The notes: a model not told the origin generated them from the sequence alone. Numbered from the stretch's first letter, positions 8,283 through 18,012 are shown. The stretch is DNA of 23,763 nucleotides from Myxococcota bacterium (GCA_039208735.1 JBCCQY010000145.1:1-23763), one strand, 5' to 3'. Made by a program: numbers and translations.

Positions 8283-9737
8283 CTATCTCATCGACCGTCG
8301 CCGCAGGGCCCACGGCAACAACCACGCCAACCACGCGCTCGCGCCCCAGCCCGAAGTCTGGCAGCCGGTCGACACCGGGGCGGGCTCCGTGGGGGCCTTC
8401 GGCTCGGCGGGCGGGGACGGTTCGGGCTCGGCCATCCCCGGGATGGGGTCTTTCAACAAACTTGCCAACGAGGGCGCTGCCTTGGCGGGACCCGACGACA
8501 ACGATGACCCAGCCGAGGTCACCTCACTCCCGGGGCGGCCTCCCCACTCTCCCCGCCGCGGCGAACTGCATTCGATGGGCCCTTCCCAAGGATGCAAAAT
8601 CGCGTAACGACCCTGGAAGGTGTTGGTAGGGGCCGGTTGAACGCCCTGTTCGGCAAACGTCCCATCCGGTCGCGGCGTTCCTTGGCCCCCACGCACCGCA
8701 GGGGCCGCCTTGAACACGAGGTCAGCATCGAGCCCGTCGGCTTCGTAGCGATAGTGCAGCCGCGTCAGCACGAACGGGCCTTGAGTTTCGAGCACGTCTC
8801 CGCCCAAGGTCAGCAATTCAGCTGGTTTCAACGCGGGCTGCGGGCACGGGTCGCACCACGAAGCATCCCACGCATACTCGGTCACCACGGTGCGCGGCTT
8901 CGCAACCTGGGTGAATAGGGCTTCGTAAAAACCGCCAAACTGATCCTTCACCTCTTTGCTGACCCGAAGATTGGTGGGAATGAAGGCGTTGTCGTAGTTT
9001 GCGACCTCATAGCGCTGCCCCGGCGCGAGAATATGAACCAAGAGGTCTTGGGCACCCTTTGCGTTGAGCAGACCCAGGCGAACGGGCAGCGAAAACGTGG
9101 GGCTATCGTAGTGCATGCGAAGCGGAGACAACACGGCTCGGCCATCGCGGAACGTGACGCGTTCGGGGTCGACTTTGGCCACAAAGAACTTGGTGCCGGC
9201 CGCCACGTACGGCTCGAGAACCTCGGCCGCTCCCTTCGGAATATTGTACTTCTTCTTGCGCAACCAGGTATCAAGCCCTGAAGAATCCGAGGCACTCAAG
9301 ACGACGATGTCGTACTCGCCGACTTGAAACTCGGCTTCGACTTTGACGCCGTTCTTGTTCCGAGCTCCGAGACCGCCAAGGGCGCCCCCCTCCGCGGCCA
9401 CCATGTCGAGCTCTTCCTCGTAGAGGGGCTCACACGGATCGCCTTCCCAGTAGGCCACGAGGCGGGGCGACGCCAATGAGTCGACCCGCTCGAAAATGCC
9501 CTTCGGCAGTGTCTTGACGTTGCTCTTTTTGAGCACTTCAGGCACCGGCACGACCATCGCAAACGCTTCGGGAGGCCCTTGGTAGCTATTCTGCATGGAC
9601 AGGACGGTTCGGGTGCCCATCCGCATGAGAACCACCATCGTGGCGTCATTGTAGAGCGATGCATCTGCACCACTGACGTAGAACCCGCAAAACGCCTCGG
9701 CCCGAGGCATCAAGAGTGACAACAACAAAGGAATCAT
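8283..9737 (-). CDS. DUF2330 domain secreted protein with MYXO-CTERM-like tail
   Basis: GGAGG RBS before ATG 9737. Signal peptide then AFCGFYV, FAMVVPVP, VGEYDIVVLSA, VTEYAWD..CDPC, LTRLH. C-term GC..hydrophobic..RRR. Confidence 0.88.
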   Translation of the reverse strand: MIPLLLSLLMPRAEAFCGFYVSGADASLYNDATMVVLMRMGTRTVLSMQNSYQGPPEAFAMVVPVPEVLKKSNVKTLPKGIFERVDSLASPRLVAYWEGDPCEPLYEEELDMVAAEGGALGGLGARNKNGVKVEAEFQVGEYDIVVLSASDSSGLDTWLRKKKYNIPKGAAEVLEPYVAAGTKFFVAKVDPERVTFRDGRAVLSPLRMHYDSPTFSLPVRLGLLNAKGAQDLLVHILAPGQRYEVANYDNAFIPTNLRVSKEVKDQFGGFYEALFTQVAKPRTVVTEYAWDASWCDPCPQPALKPAELLTLGGDVLETQGPFVLTRLHYRYEADGLDADLVFKAAPAVRGGQGTPRPDGTFAEQGVQPAPTNTFQGRYAILHPWEGPIECSSPRRGEWGGRPGSEVTSAGSSLSSGPAKAAPSLASLLKDPIPGMAEPEPSPPAEPKAPTEPAPVSTGCQTSGWGASAWLAWLLPWALRRRSMR

Positions 9738-9842
9738 GGTGGCCTCCGAGGCTGACAAACTCTACCCTACAGGCAACGAGGCGGTCGAATTTTGCCCGCA
9801 TGAAAGAATGTTCAGTTCCACGTTTACAGTTAGACGTCTGGG

Positions 9843-9984
9843 GCGGGGCTTCCGAGCCCTCGGTCATTGACCCACTGCGGGGCTACCCCGTGGTGTTTCT
9901 TCCAAGCCACAACCACCTGCGCTCGCCACGCCCTGCGTTCCCGCAGTGTTGGGCGCGCCGGGCCGGAAACGTCGGAGGCCCCGC
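9843..9984 (+). ncRNA. Putative retron msr-msd ncRNA
   Basis: 13-bp inverted repeat GCGGGGCTTCCGA (9843-9855)/TCGGAGGCCCCGC (9972-9984, one G-U). Unpaired G9856 in AGC context. Internal hairpins. Lies at the 5' end of a retron-type RT. Confidence 0.6.
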
Positions 9985-11095
9985 ATCCGCCTTCCTCACG
10001 AAGAACTCAAGCCCGACCGGCACCGCCTGGTCCACGCCATTGCATTGGCACTCCTTGCTGGCGAATGGTCCGCCGATGCCATGTCGAACCGTGTGCATGA
10101 GGTTGTCGTTCCTCCGCTCCCGTGGCTCCCCAACCTGATTCGCAAGCTCCTTCGTGCCTACCCCGAACGCCGGGGACTTACGCCAGGGCGGCTCCACGGC
10201 TGGCTACAGCGCAACCGCGAATTTCGCCTTGCGTGGCGGAAAGGCCTCGCCACGCAACGACCTCAACAACGATTCGTTGTGCCGCCGGAACCCAAGCCCG
10301 CGACGCTGCCGCTGCGCGCCGCCGTGCCCGCCCTTCACACGCCGGGCGATGTCGCTGCCTGGCTCGACCTCTCCCCGTCACGACTCGACGGGTTGGCCGA
10401 TCTTCGCGGGTGGCACCGAAACGCAGGCTCACCCCTGCAACATTACCGTCGATGGTGGGTCCCCTCAAGACGTCCGGAAGGACTGCCTCGGCTCCTCGAG
10501 GCCCCCAAGGACCAACTCCGCAGGGTTCAACGTCGTCTCCTCCGCCAGATCCTCGTACTCGTGCCTTGTCATGCCGCGGCCCACGGCTTTATCGAAGGGC
10601 GGTCGGTGTGGACGGCAGCCCAGCCCCACGCCGGTGAGGCGCGGTTGATCCGACTCGATCTGCGCACCTTCTTCCCTTCGATTCATCGAAGACGCGTCGT
10701 TGGCGTCTTTACTTCAATGGGCTTTCCCCGCGAGGTCGCATTCCTGTTCGGTTCGCTCTGCACAACCCGAACGCCCTCATCCGATCTCGACGCCTCGGCT
10801 CCACATCTGAAGGGCCTCTATCGCGACCCCCACCTGCCCCAAGGCGCCCCCACCTCGCCGTGGCTCGCCAACCTCTGTCGTGAACCAAGCTCCATCGGTC
10901 GGGCGACGCGAACGCGACCGTCTCAAAGCCATCCTTACAAACTGCCTGCGAACGGGGCCCGCGACCCAAAACCGCCACAACCATCCGAATTGGCGGGCGC
11001 ATTTGCAAAGCCGAGTGGCGTGGGTCAACCACGTGCACCCCGGTCACGGAGCCAAACTTCAGGCATTGTTCAACCAAATCGAATGGACGCCGTGA
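9946..11095 (+). pseudogene. Retron-type reverse transcriptase with an internal deletion (YADD to VTG region) and frameshift near 10877; start uncertain
   Basis: HYR..RLLEAPK, HAAAHGF..GRS, AQPH (region X-like), DLRTFFPSI, LPQGAPTSPWLANLC, then a jump to another frame VVNQAPSV..LKAILTNC..QNR..IEW (10877-11095). No YADD in either frame. Confidence 0.85.
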
Positions 11096-11992
11096 TTACG
11101 GCTGTTTGCGGGTGACGAGTTCTGTACCCAGCGCGGACGCCACAAAATGCTCCTTTCGATCCGAGCAAAGCGTCTGAAGCCAATCGAAGTAGCCGCCATC
11201 CGAGATGGGCAGGGTTTCCTCACCGAACCGCATCCACACCCGGTAGCGAATTCCCGAGTAGTACGCTTGTTCGAGCGGCAGCCGGTCGATTTGTGGAAAC
11301 GTACCCTTGAACTGGTCATGCAGGGCGTTGGCCACCGCTTGGAAAGGCGGCGTGTTGAACAACTCGAGGCGCACTGCGGCCGCGTCTCGGTCTTGGGCCA
11401 AGCGAACATGCAGGTCGCGTTGCAAGGTCAGATGCCGGGTGAACGTTTTAAGCGCGAACCGTCGCGCATCCTTGTCGCGCCCCGCCGTGACCGCGGCAAA
11501 CATCGAAAAGTGACGAGTATGAGCCTCGCTCTTGAGCGGCTGACATCGAACCAGACGTCCGACCGTGCACAGATCGAGAATACCCGTTTGGCCGGCCCGT
11601 CGACGACGCGCACACTCAAGCGCCAGCACGTTCGTCGGATCGGCAAGGACCTCGAGGTTGCGGGCGGCACTGAACACCCGATTCTGGCCTCCCAACGAAA
11701 AGGTACTGCACGAGCCCAAGGGGGCCAGCGGCGACAACTCGATCGCTTCAAACGCCTCGGCGACATCGAGGCTGGCCAACTCGGCGCGTCGTAGCGCCCT
11801 CGCATCGACAGGGGCAGGCTGTACGTAGCCGTCGCGCAGGAACGCCCGTAGCACCTCGGCGGGGGTTCGACCTGCCGCGCGCTCTTTCGCAACTTCGAGC
11901 CACAGCGCGGTGAGCTCGGCGGTGGGTTGGCCAACGAGATGCCCAACCAGGCCTTCGTAGCCTTCGACCAGCCGCCGTAGCAACGGATTCAT
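11096..11992 (-). CDS. Hypothetical protein with class II aminoacyl-tRNA-synthetase-like motifs
   Basis: 298-aa ORF, ATGA-coupled to the upstream gene. ELSPLAPLG, ADPTNVLALE, RLVRCQ..HF, YYSG, DGGYFDW, SALGTE. Confidence 0.7.
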   Translation of the reverse strand: MNPLLRRLVEGYEGLVGHLVGQPTAELTALWLEVAKERAAGRTPAEVLRAFLRDGYVQPAPVDARALRRAELASLDVAEAFEAIELSPLAPLGSCSTFSLGGQNRVFSAARNLEVLADPTNVLALECARRRRAGQTGILDLCTVGRLVRCQPLKSEAHTRHFSMFAAVTAGRDKDARRFALKTFTRHLTLQRDLHVRLAQDRDAAAVRLELFNTPPFQAVANALHDQFKGTFPQIDRLPLEQAYYSGIRYRVWMRFGEETLPISDGGYFDWLQTLCSDRKEHFVASALGTELVTRKQP

Positions 11993-13431
11993 CGGAGCCG
12001 CTCACGCCGTCGCAGGGCAAGCAGGCCGATCAACAGCGGCAATGCACCGCCCATGGCGAAGCCCTGGTGGTTGCAGCCGGACTCCGTTCCGCCGGTTCGG
12101 CGCACATCGAACGTCGCCACCGCGCCGCTGCTCCCCGCGATGCCTCCGAGACTCAACGCAACAGTATAGATGCCTGGCGCGGGGAACATCAGCTCGGGCT
12201 CCCAGGCCCCAATCGGCTCAAACACCCTCAGGCCGTCCGTTCCCTCACCCTCGAACACATCCCACTGGATTTCCGAGATGCAGCCGTAAACCGAGACATC
12301 GGAATTGTTCAAGAGCTGATAGCGCAGGCCATCCACCTGTTCGACCTCGAAGCTCGGTTCGGGCAATCCGCAGGCGCGCACGTAGCCCACCCGCCGCACC
12401 ACGTCGGACCAGCTGTCGCAGGTCTCGGAGTCGCCTTGCACCGTCACTTCGATGGTGTAGTTGCCGGGCTCGGTGTAGGTGTGCGAATTGGACGTGCCGG
12501 TCGCCGTGTTGCCATCTCCCCAGCTCCAAGCCGCCTCCGTAACGTCGGCGAGGTCGGCGGACGCAATGGCACAGTTGAGATCCAGAGGCACTACCCCCAC
12601 CGCGAGCCCCTCCGACGCCTCATTCGAACACGAAAACGAAATGGAAGGCCCATACAACGCGGTCAGGCCCTCGATGTCGTCCTCGTTGATGGTCAACTGG
12701 CTAAGACTACAGGCCGGCGCGGTCCAATACATGGTGGCCTCGAACAAGCGCGGGTCATCGCAGGGTTCCCCCCCCAGGGCGGGGTTCTCACAGCTGTTCG
12801 CAAGCCCCAACTGATGCCCAAACTCATGCGCCGCGATGGCCGCCATGGAGTACTCACCGCCGCTGCACTCGTTGCGCTCAATTTCGTCAACGGTGCGGAA
12901 GACCACACTATTGTCGTTGAAGGACAGATCACCCGAGAGCACAACCTGATAGGGTCGACCAGCCACATCGATGGTTCGGCCCACGTCGAAGACGAATATT
13001 TGCGCCGCAAGCACCCCCGGACCCAACACATCATCTGGGTCGTTGAAGGTGATGTGGTTTTCAAAATCCGTGAGATTGAACGTCGCAACATTGGGCGCCG
13101 CGAGTTCTGGATTGGCAATCGAGTCCAACACGTTTAGCTGAATGTTGGCACAGGTGGCGGCATCCCACGCTTCGGCTCCCAAACGGAGTTCCGAATAGCA
13201 AGCCCCCGCCGGCACGGTTTCTTCACAACAGCCCGAAAGTCCCCCGCTCGCTTCACACGCCTCAATCGAGTTCTCGGCTCCGTCATCAGCCACTCGAAGG
13301 TCGATGGATCGGGACTCCGGCGCCCAAATGAGCTGCTGGTGGCGCCATGCATGCGCATCGGATGCGAACGATGTGCCAAGAAGGACAAGTCCGAACCCAA
13401 GAAATAGACGACGCGGGCTTGCAAGGGGCAT
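11989..13431 (-). CDS. Matrixin-like (M10) metalloprotease with PKD domain(s) and MYXO-CTERM-like tail
   Basis: Signal peptide ending AHA. HEFGHQLGLAN, Met-turn ATMY, DDIEG..ALY. PKD WSWGDG..HTYTEPGNYTI. GC..hydrophobic..RRR. Start moved to ATG 13431. Confidence 0.85.
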   Translation of the reverse strand: MPLASPRRLFLGFGLVLLGTSFASDAHAWRHQQLIWAPESRSIDLRVADDGAENSIEACEASGGLSGCCEETVPAGACYSELRLGAEAWDAATCANIQLNVLDSIANPELAAPNVATFNLTDFENHITFNDPDDVLGPGVLAAQIFVFDVGRTIDVAGRPYQVVLSGDLSFNDNSVVFRTVDEIERNECSGGEYSMAAIAAHEFGHQLGLANSCENPALGGEPCDDPRLFEATMYWTAPACSLSQLTINEDDIEGLTALYGPSISFSCSNEASEGLAVGVVPLDLNCAIASADLADVTEAAWSWGDGNTATGTSNSHTYTEPGNYTIEVTVQGDSETCDSWSDVVRRVGYVRACGLPEPSFEVEQVDGLRYQLLNNSDVSVYGCISEIQWDVFEGEGTDGLRVFEPIGAWEPELMFPAPGIYTVALSLGGIAGSSGAVATFDVRRTGGTESGCNHQGFAMGGALPLLIGLLALRRRERLR

Positions 13432-13551
13432 GCGGCTTTCCAAACGATGAAGTCGACAACAACGTGAAGTGCTGAAGCGTGTAGTTAACGAATTCGGCAA
13501 GTGAAGGCGCCCCCGTTGCGACGCCAAACGCATCCATGGTAGCTCGGCGAC

Positions 13552-15178
13552 ATGACTCGATTCCTCGCCTTGCTAGCTGTTGTCGGGGCTTGCCGCGCCG
13601 AGCCGACCCTTGCCCTCGATGCCGATCTGCGGACCGCAGCTGCGTGCGAGGCGATCACGCTGCGCGCCACGCGGACCAATACGGATGCAGAGGTACGTTG
13701 GTCTGTCCTTGGTTATCCACAACTGCTCATGGTCGATGGCGAAGACGGCGTGTTGAACGTTCAACTTCCCTCCGTGGCCCAAGACCGCACGATCACCTTC
13801 CGGGCCGAAGCCGATGGCGCTGTCGACGAGGTCAGTGTCGATGTGACCGCTGCCCCAACGCCTCCGGAATTCGCGGCCGGCATGGTGCCCGACTGTGGCC
13901 CCTTCGCCGAAGGGGTGGCCAGCGGTGACCCCGGAGCCGACCGTGTGACGCTGTGGACGCGCCACGCCTCGGCAGACCAGACCCTGACGTGGCAACTCGA
14001 TACGGACGACACCTTCCGAAACCCTCGCACCGGCACGGTAGCCGTCGAGGCAGCGGCGGATCGCACTGCCGTGGTCGAGGTGGATGGCCTAAGTCCGGCC
14101 ACCACGTACTACTACCGGTTCCTCGACGAAGCAGGCACTAGCTCGGTGCTCGGCCGAACCAAGACCTCACCCGACGGCGATACCGAACGGTTGCGGATGG
14201 CCGTGGCCTCGTGTTCGAGCATCTACTCAGGTTGGTTCAACGCTTACCAGCGCATCGCGAATCGAGGCGACCTCGATCTCGTCATCCATTTGGGCGACTA
14301 CATCTACGATTTCGTTGATGAAGACGAGGAGATTCGGGTTCCCGACCCGTACCCGTCCAACCCCGATACCCTCGAGGAGTGGCGCGGACGTCATGCCTAC
14401 TACCTCGGGGATCCCGATTTGCGGCTCGCGCGGGCTCGGCATCCGTGGTTCCTGCTGTGGGACAACCACGACGTCGAGAGTACCGCGGCCGAGAACTATC
14501 GCGGTTCGGTCCAGGCCTTCCGCGAGTTCAATCCCATCGCACCTACCGATGGACCAGCCGACGTGCTGTATCGGAACCTGTCGTATGGGTCCCTTGCTGA
14601 CGTCCACGGCGGCCTGGCGCATCCTTGGCAATCAGAAGATGTTCGCCACCTTCTTGGTGCCGCCCACCGTGAGCAACAACCCCGCGGGGGTCTTCGACAC
14701 CCGCTCTTGGGACGGCTTTCCCGAAGCTCGCCAACGGTTCTACGACTTCGTCGAGGCACAGGGCATCGAAGACATCCTGGTGCTTTCAGGGGACGCTCAC
14801 TTCTCAGTGTCCTCCGACCTCGTCGAAGACCCCGCCACCTATGACCCGGAGACGAGCCAGGCCTCCCACGGGGTGGAGTTTCTGCCCACCAGCATCTCAC
14901 GGGGGAACTTCGATGAGACGCTGGGTCCCAACAACGAAGGTTTCATCGAGGTCCTGCGTCAGAGCATCGCCGATCGGAATCCCCACAATGCCTACGTCGA
15001 ACTCATCCAACATGGCTACGGTCTGCTCGACATCACCGACGAGCGCATCGTGGCGGAGTACTGGTACTCCCCCATCCTCGAGGACAGCGAGGAGGAAGTC
15101 ATGGCGGCGGGCCTCACGGTGCGCCGAGGCGCCAACCGGTGGGAGCGCGAGATCGCCACGGAACCCTTTGTTCCCTGA
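13552..15178 (+). pseudogene. phoD: PhoD-like alkaline phosphatase lipoprotein, internal deletion/frameshift at ~14603
   Basis: GVASGDP, HLGDYIY, WDNHD, LYRNLSYG in the first frame. WRILGNQ, WDGF, SGDAH, VEF and HGYG in a second frame (14315..15178). The usual LDTR..LG..Q..WL segment is absent. Confidence 0.85.
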
Positions 15179-15199
15179 CGGTCACCCAATCGCCTCGCA

Positions 15200-15784
15200 T
15201 CAAGCCCGCTTGCCGCTCTGACCGAGCTTGACGGCTGCCCCGACGAGATGTGCGAGCCGCAAAGGCTCGGGAACCTTGCCCCGATCGGTGAGGCGCTGCA
15301 GTAGCGGGGCCAAAACGTCAGGCTCTGCTCCCATGACTTGAAAGCAGAACCCGCCTCGTTCGTGGACAGGCCCCGCAGCAGCCATTCGCGCGCGACGCAT
15401 CGGCCCATCGTCGAAGCGCGTGAGAACATGCTCGATCGCCGCAAAATCAGGGGGTCGGCGCATGATGGAAGCACATGGGCGTTCGGTGCGCTCCGCCAGC
15501 GCAGGTAAATCCACCACGTTCATGCCCGCAAACGTCAGGCCATCGAGCAAGATCAAGTCGACCGAGGGATAGAACTTCGATCGCGTCACCAAGTCGATAA
15601 TCACCTCCGTCGCATCCGTTCCGTCGCGGGTGACCGCTCCCCACACCATCCCTTCGAGTCGGGTGTTTTGGCAGAACATCCCTGCCACGTGGACGACCTG
15701 ATCGACCTCCTTGTTGAACGGAACGTCATCGAAGCCGAGCGTTTGAACCACCTGCCCACGTTCCCACCGCTTTCGGAGCGTCAT
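15200..15784 (-). CDS. DUF99 family protein (endonuclease dU / EndoV-like)
   Basis: GFDD, DGTDAT, LLDGLTFAGMNVVD, GKVPEPLRLAHL. GGAGG before ATG 15784. Confidence 0.88.
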   Translation of the reverse strand: MTLRKRWERGQVVQTLGFDDVPFNKEVDQVVHVAGMFCQNTRLEGMVWGAVTRDGTDATEVIIDLVTRSKFYPSVDLILLDGLTFAGMNVVDLPALAERTERPCASIMRRPPDFAAIEHVLTRFDDGPMRRARMAAAGPVHERGGFCFQVMGAEPDVLAPLLQRLTDRGKVPEPLRLAHLVGAAVKLGQSGKRA

Positions 15785-15825
15785 GAGCCCTCCATGAGAC
15801 ACCGTAGTGGTGCGTGGTGATTCTT

Positions 15826-16518
15826 TCAGCCCTGTGAGGTCGAGAGCAAGCGTCGGAGCAGCAAGAGTTCGCCGGTTAGCGCACCAATGACGCACATGGA
15901 CACAATCCACACCTCGGGCACGGAAAAGGCCAGCAAAACGGGTTCATCGAACCGTTGCACGGGGCTCGGAAAGGACGCAACCACCACCCTCATCACGTTG
16001 AGGAGCAACGCCATCGTGATGCCCCACCCAAGCCACGCCACCGCACGATGGCGCGTGGCAAAGGGAGCCAACGCAAGTGCAGCGAGCCCCGCCAGGATGT
16101 CGGGATTGCTGCCCGTCCAAGTCATTTGCGGAGGCACTCGCCCCTCGGCGACCCAGGCCGCCAACACCAGCTCCAGGGGAAAACGAAACCCCTGGAAGGC
16201 GAGGAGCCACCCACTGCTTAGCCCCGAAAGGCGCTTGCCAAGCGGAGACGCCACAAGGGCCAACGTGAACAGCGTCTGGCTGCCAAAGAACAGGGGCATG
16301 GAGGGCAACGGCTCCTCTGCCGACAAGGCCCCAACCCACGGAGGAATGGCCGTGACCCCCATCCAAACCGCCACCCCCAACGCGGCGATGCTCCCATCCC
16401 GCCACCGCTGCTCGGGCTTCGCCACCACGGCGACTCCTGCGACGGCTGCGCAGGCCACAAAGGCGACGACCGCGAGGAACAGACCCATGGCGGGCCACGA
16501 AGAAGGTGGCATCTTCAT
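15826..16518 (-). CDS. Integral membrane protein, unknown function
   Basis: About 6-7 hydrophobic segments. FRFPLELVL..PPQMTWTGSNPDIL motif. Start may be 16512. Confidence 0.8.
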   Translation of the reverse strand: MKMPPSSWPAMGLFLAVVAFVACAAVAGVAVVAKPEQRWRDGSIAALGVAVWMGVTAIPPWVGALSAEEPLPSMPLFFGSQTLFTLALVASPLGKRLSGLSSGWLLAFQGFRFPLELVLAAWVAEGRVPPQMTWTGSNPDILAGLAALALAPFATRHRAVAWLGWGITMALLLNVMRVVVASFPSPVQRFDEPVLLAFSVPEVWIVSMCVIGALTGELLLLRRLLSTSQG

Positions 16519-16525
16519 TCTCCAG

Positions 16526-16545
16526 TGCTATCTAAATTCATAGTA
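16526..16545. promoter_or_regulatory. Putative operator palindrome TGCTAT-N8-ATAGTA between divergent genes
   Basis: Imperfect AT-rich inverted repeat in the 26-bp spacer beside an HxlR-type regulator. Confidence 0.45.
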
Positions 16546-17138
16546 TGCGCTCTTATAATCAATACTGCGGAGTCGCCAAGGCGCTTGATCTGGTTGGTCA
16601 GCGCTGGGCCTTGTTGATCGTGCGAGACCTCTTGCCCGGTCCTCGTCGATTTTCCGACTTGATCCGCCCCGGCCTCACTCCGAATGTGCTCACTACGCGG
16701 CTTCACGAGCTCCGCGATGCAGGGCTCCTTGAGGCGACAACGCTGCCGCCCCCGGGGGCCCGCAAGGTGTGGCGTCTCACCGAAGCCGGTCAACGGCTCC
16801 GACCGGTCGTGCTCGCCCTCGGCCACTTTGGCGCTACCTACATGGGGTCCACCGAAGGCCACACCACTGATGTACGCTGGTTCGTCGTGTCGCTGGAACG
16901 AAGGTGGGTGCCATCTGGGGCCAAAGGCGTGGTGCAGCTCATCGTCGACGACGTGCCCTATCGAGTTCAGCTCACTGAGCGAGGCGCCCGCGTCTCCGAT
17001 GGGCTCACCGACCGACCCGACGCGACGTGGCGGGGCTCCGCATCTGAGCTGTTTCAGGCCGTGCGTACAGGCCCCCGTCCCGCGGACCCCTCAGGCCTTC
17101 TCGCCAACCTGTTCGATGGGATCGCAGCCCCCGGGTGA
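16545..17138 (+). CDS. HxlR-family winged-helix regulator with SCP2-like C-terminus
   Basis: YNQYCGVAKALDLVGQRWALLIVRDLLPGPRRFSDL..PNVLTTRL..LTEAG. Confidence 0.9.
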   Translation: MRSYNQYCGVAKALDLVGQRWALLIVRDLLPGPRRFSDLIRPGLTPNVLTTRLHELRDAGLLEATTLPPPGARKVWRLTEAGQRLRPVVLALGHFGATYMGSTEGHTTDVRWFVVSLERRWVPSGAKGVVQLIVDDVPYRVQLTERGARVSDGLTDRPDATWRGSASELFQAVRTGPRPADPSGLLANLFDGIAAPG

Positions 17139-17244
17139 CGAATTTCGTCCACGACGGCCCAGCGAGCGGGCTTTCGCAGGTTTCGACTTGCCCGAAGGGG
17201 TGAATGAAAGCACAGTGCCTCGGCGCGGGACGACGGGAGCATGC

Positions 17245-18012
17245 ATGACTCGACCCCTCCGCGCACTTTGGCTCAGCCTCGCCCTGGGCGTTTTGGTCGG
17301 TTGTGAATCGACCGAGCCAGAAGAGACGCTCGACACCCCACCTGGGCTGCCTGCCCCACTGCCGGATGAACCGTTCATCAACGCCGGATTTGTCGTCGTC
17401 GATGCCGTGTTTGCCTACGACGCGGACTTGGGCCAAATCGTGAGTGCGAACAACGGCACCAACGCCATTCCGAACGCGCTGTACATCACCTTCTTCGATG
17501 CGGCTTGGGACCAAAACAACCCCGACACGATCGGCCTGGTCTGCGACCTGGTCCTGCCCCTCGAGACGGCCGGGGCCGCGGTTCCGCTCGGTGACCCCGA
17601 CCGGTGGTACGAAATCGCGCGCAACCCGGCGGAACCGGCCTTGACGACGTGCCACGACCCCGGCACCACCCTCGACCCCACGAGCTGGCCAGTCGACATC
17701 GTCCAGGCCTTCGTCGACGGCGCCCCGGATGCGTTCTACGTCGTGGTCGGCCAAGGAATCGCGAATCCCAAGGCGCCCTTCGTCTTCGGGGGCTACTTCG
17801 GCCTCAACCCGGCCATTGGCCTTCCCCCGGACCCCGGCGGTGACGAGGTCTACGTGCTCGAAGGCTTTGCCTTTGCGATTGACGAAAACTACTCGTTGGT
17901 GCCGGATCAGTACGGCAACGCCACGTTCCTCCCGACGGTCGACATCTTCAACGACGGCCTCGGGCTGCCCACTGGGGCATACCAGATGCGGTCGACCTTC
18001 GGTCTTCCGTAG
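17245..18012 (+). CDS. Hypothetical lipoprotein
   Basis: GGAG before ATG 17245. Signal MTRPLRALWLSLALGVLVGC (lipobox LVGC). Acidic globular body. Confidence 0.8.
   Translation: MTRPLRALWLSLALGVLVGCESTEPEETLDTPPGLPAPLPDEPFINAGFVVVDAVFAYDADLGQIVSANNGTNAIPNALYITFFDAAWDQNNPDTIGLVCDLVLPLETAGAAVPLGDPDRWYEIARNPAEPALTTCHDPGTTLDPTSWPVDIVQAFVDGAPDAFYVVVGQGIANPKAPFVFGGYFGLNPAIGLPPDPGGDEVYVLEGFAFAIDENYSLVPDQYGNATFLPTVDIFNDGLGLPTGAYQMRSTFGLP

Larger units (their letters stand above)
6871..8284 (+). mobile_element. IS110-family insertion sequence (IS621-like: long left non-coding end, short right end, CT core)
   Basis: CT at 6871-6872 and 8283-8284. Joining the ends gives AGAGAAT-CT-TGTA (IS621 donor is ACAGTAT-CT-TGTA) and a TTGACG-N17-TACGTT promoter. 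Contains an IS110 recombinase. Internal guides match both flank and junction. Confidence 0.9.

Noticed and set aside
9946..11115. RT as a DGR, group II intron or CRISPR-associated RT
   Set aside because: No TR/VR pair, intron domain V, cas genes or CRISPR array seen; motifs and upstream repeat fit a retron-type RT. The 10879-11115 tail is out-of-frame read-through.
11096..11992. aaRS-like gene as the retron effector
   Set aside because: Opposite strand and coupled to the protease gene; no support beyond adjacency.
16684..17244. N-terminal extension of the 442-aa ORF
   Set aside because: Overlaps HxlR out of frame; signal peptide and RBS start at 17245.
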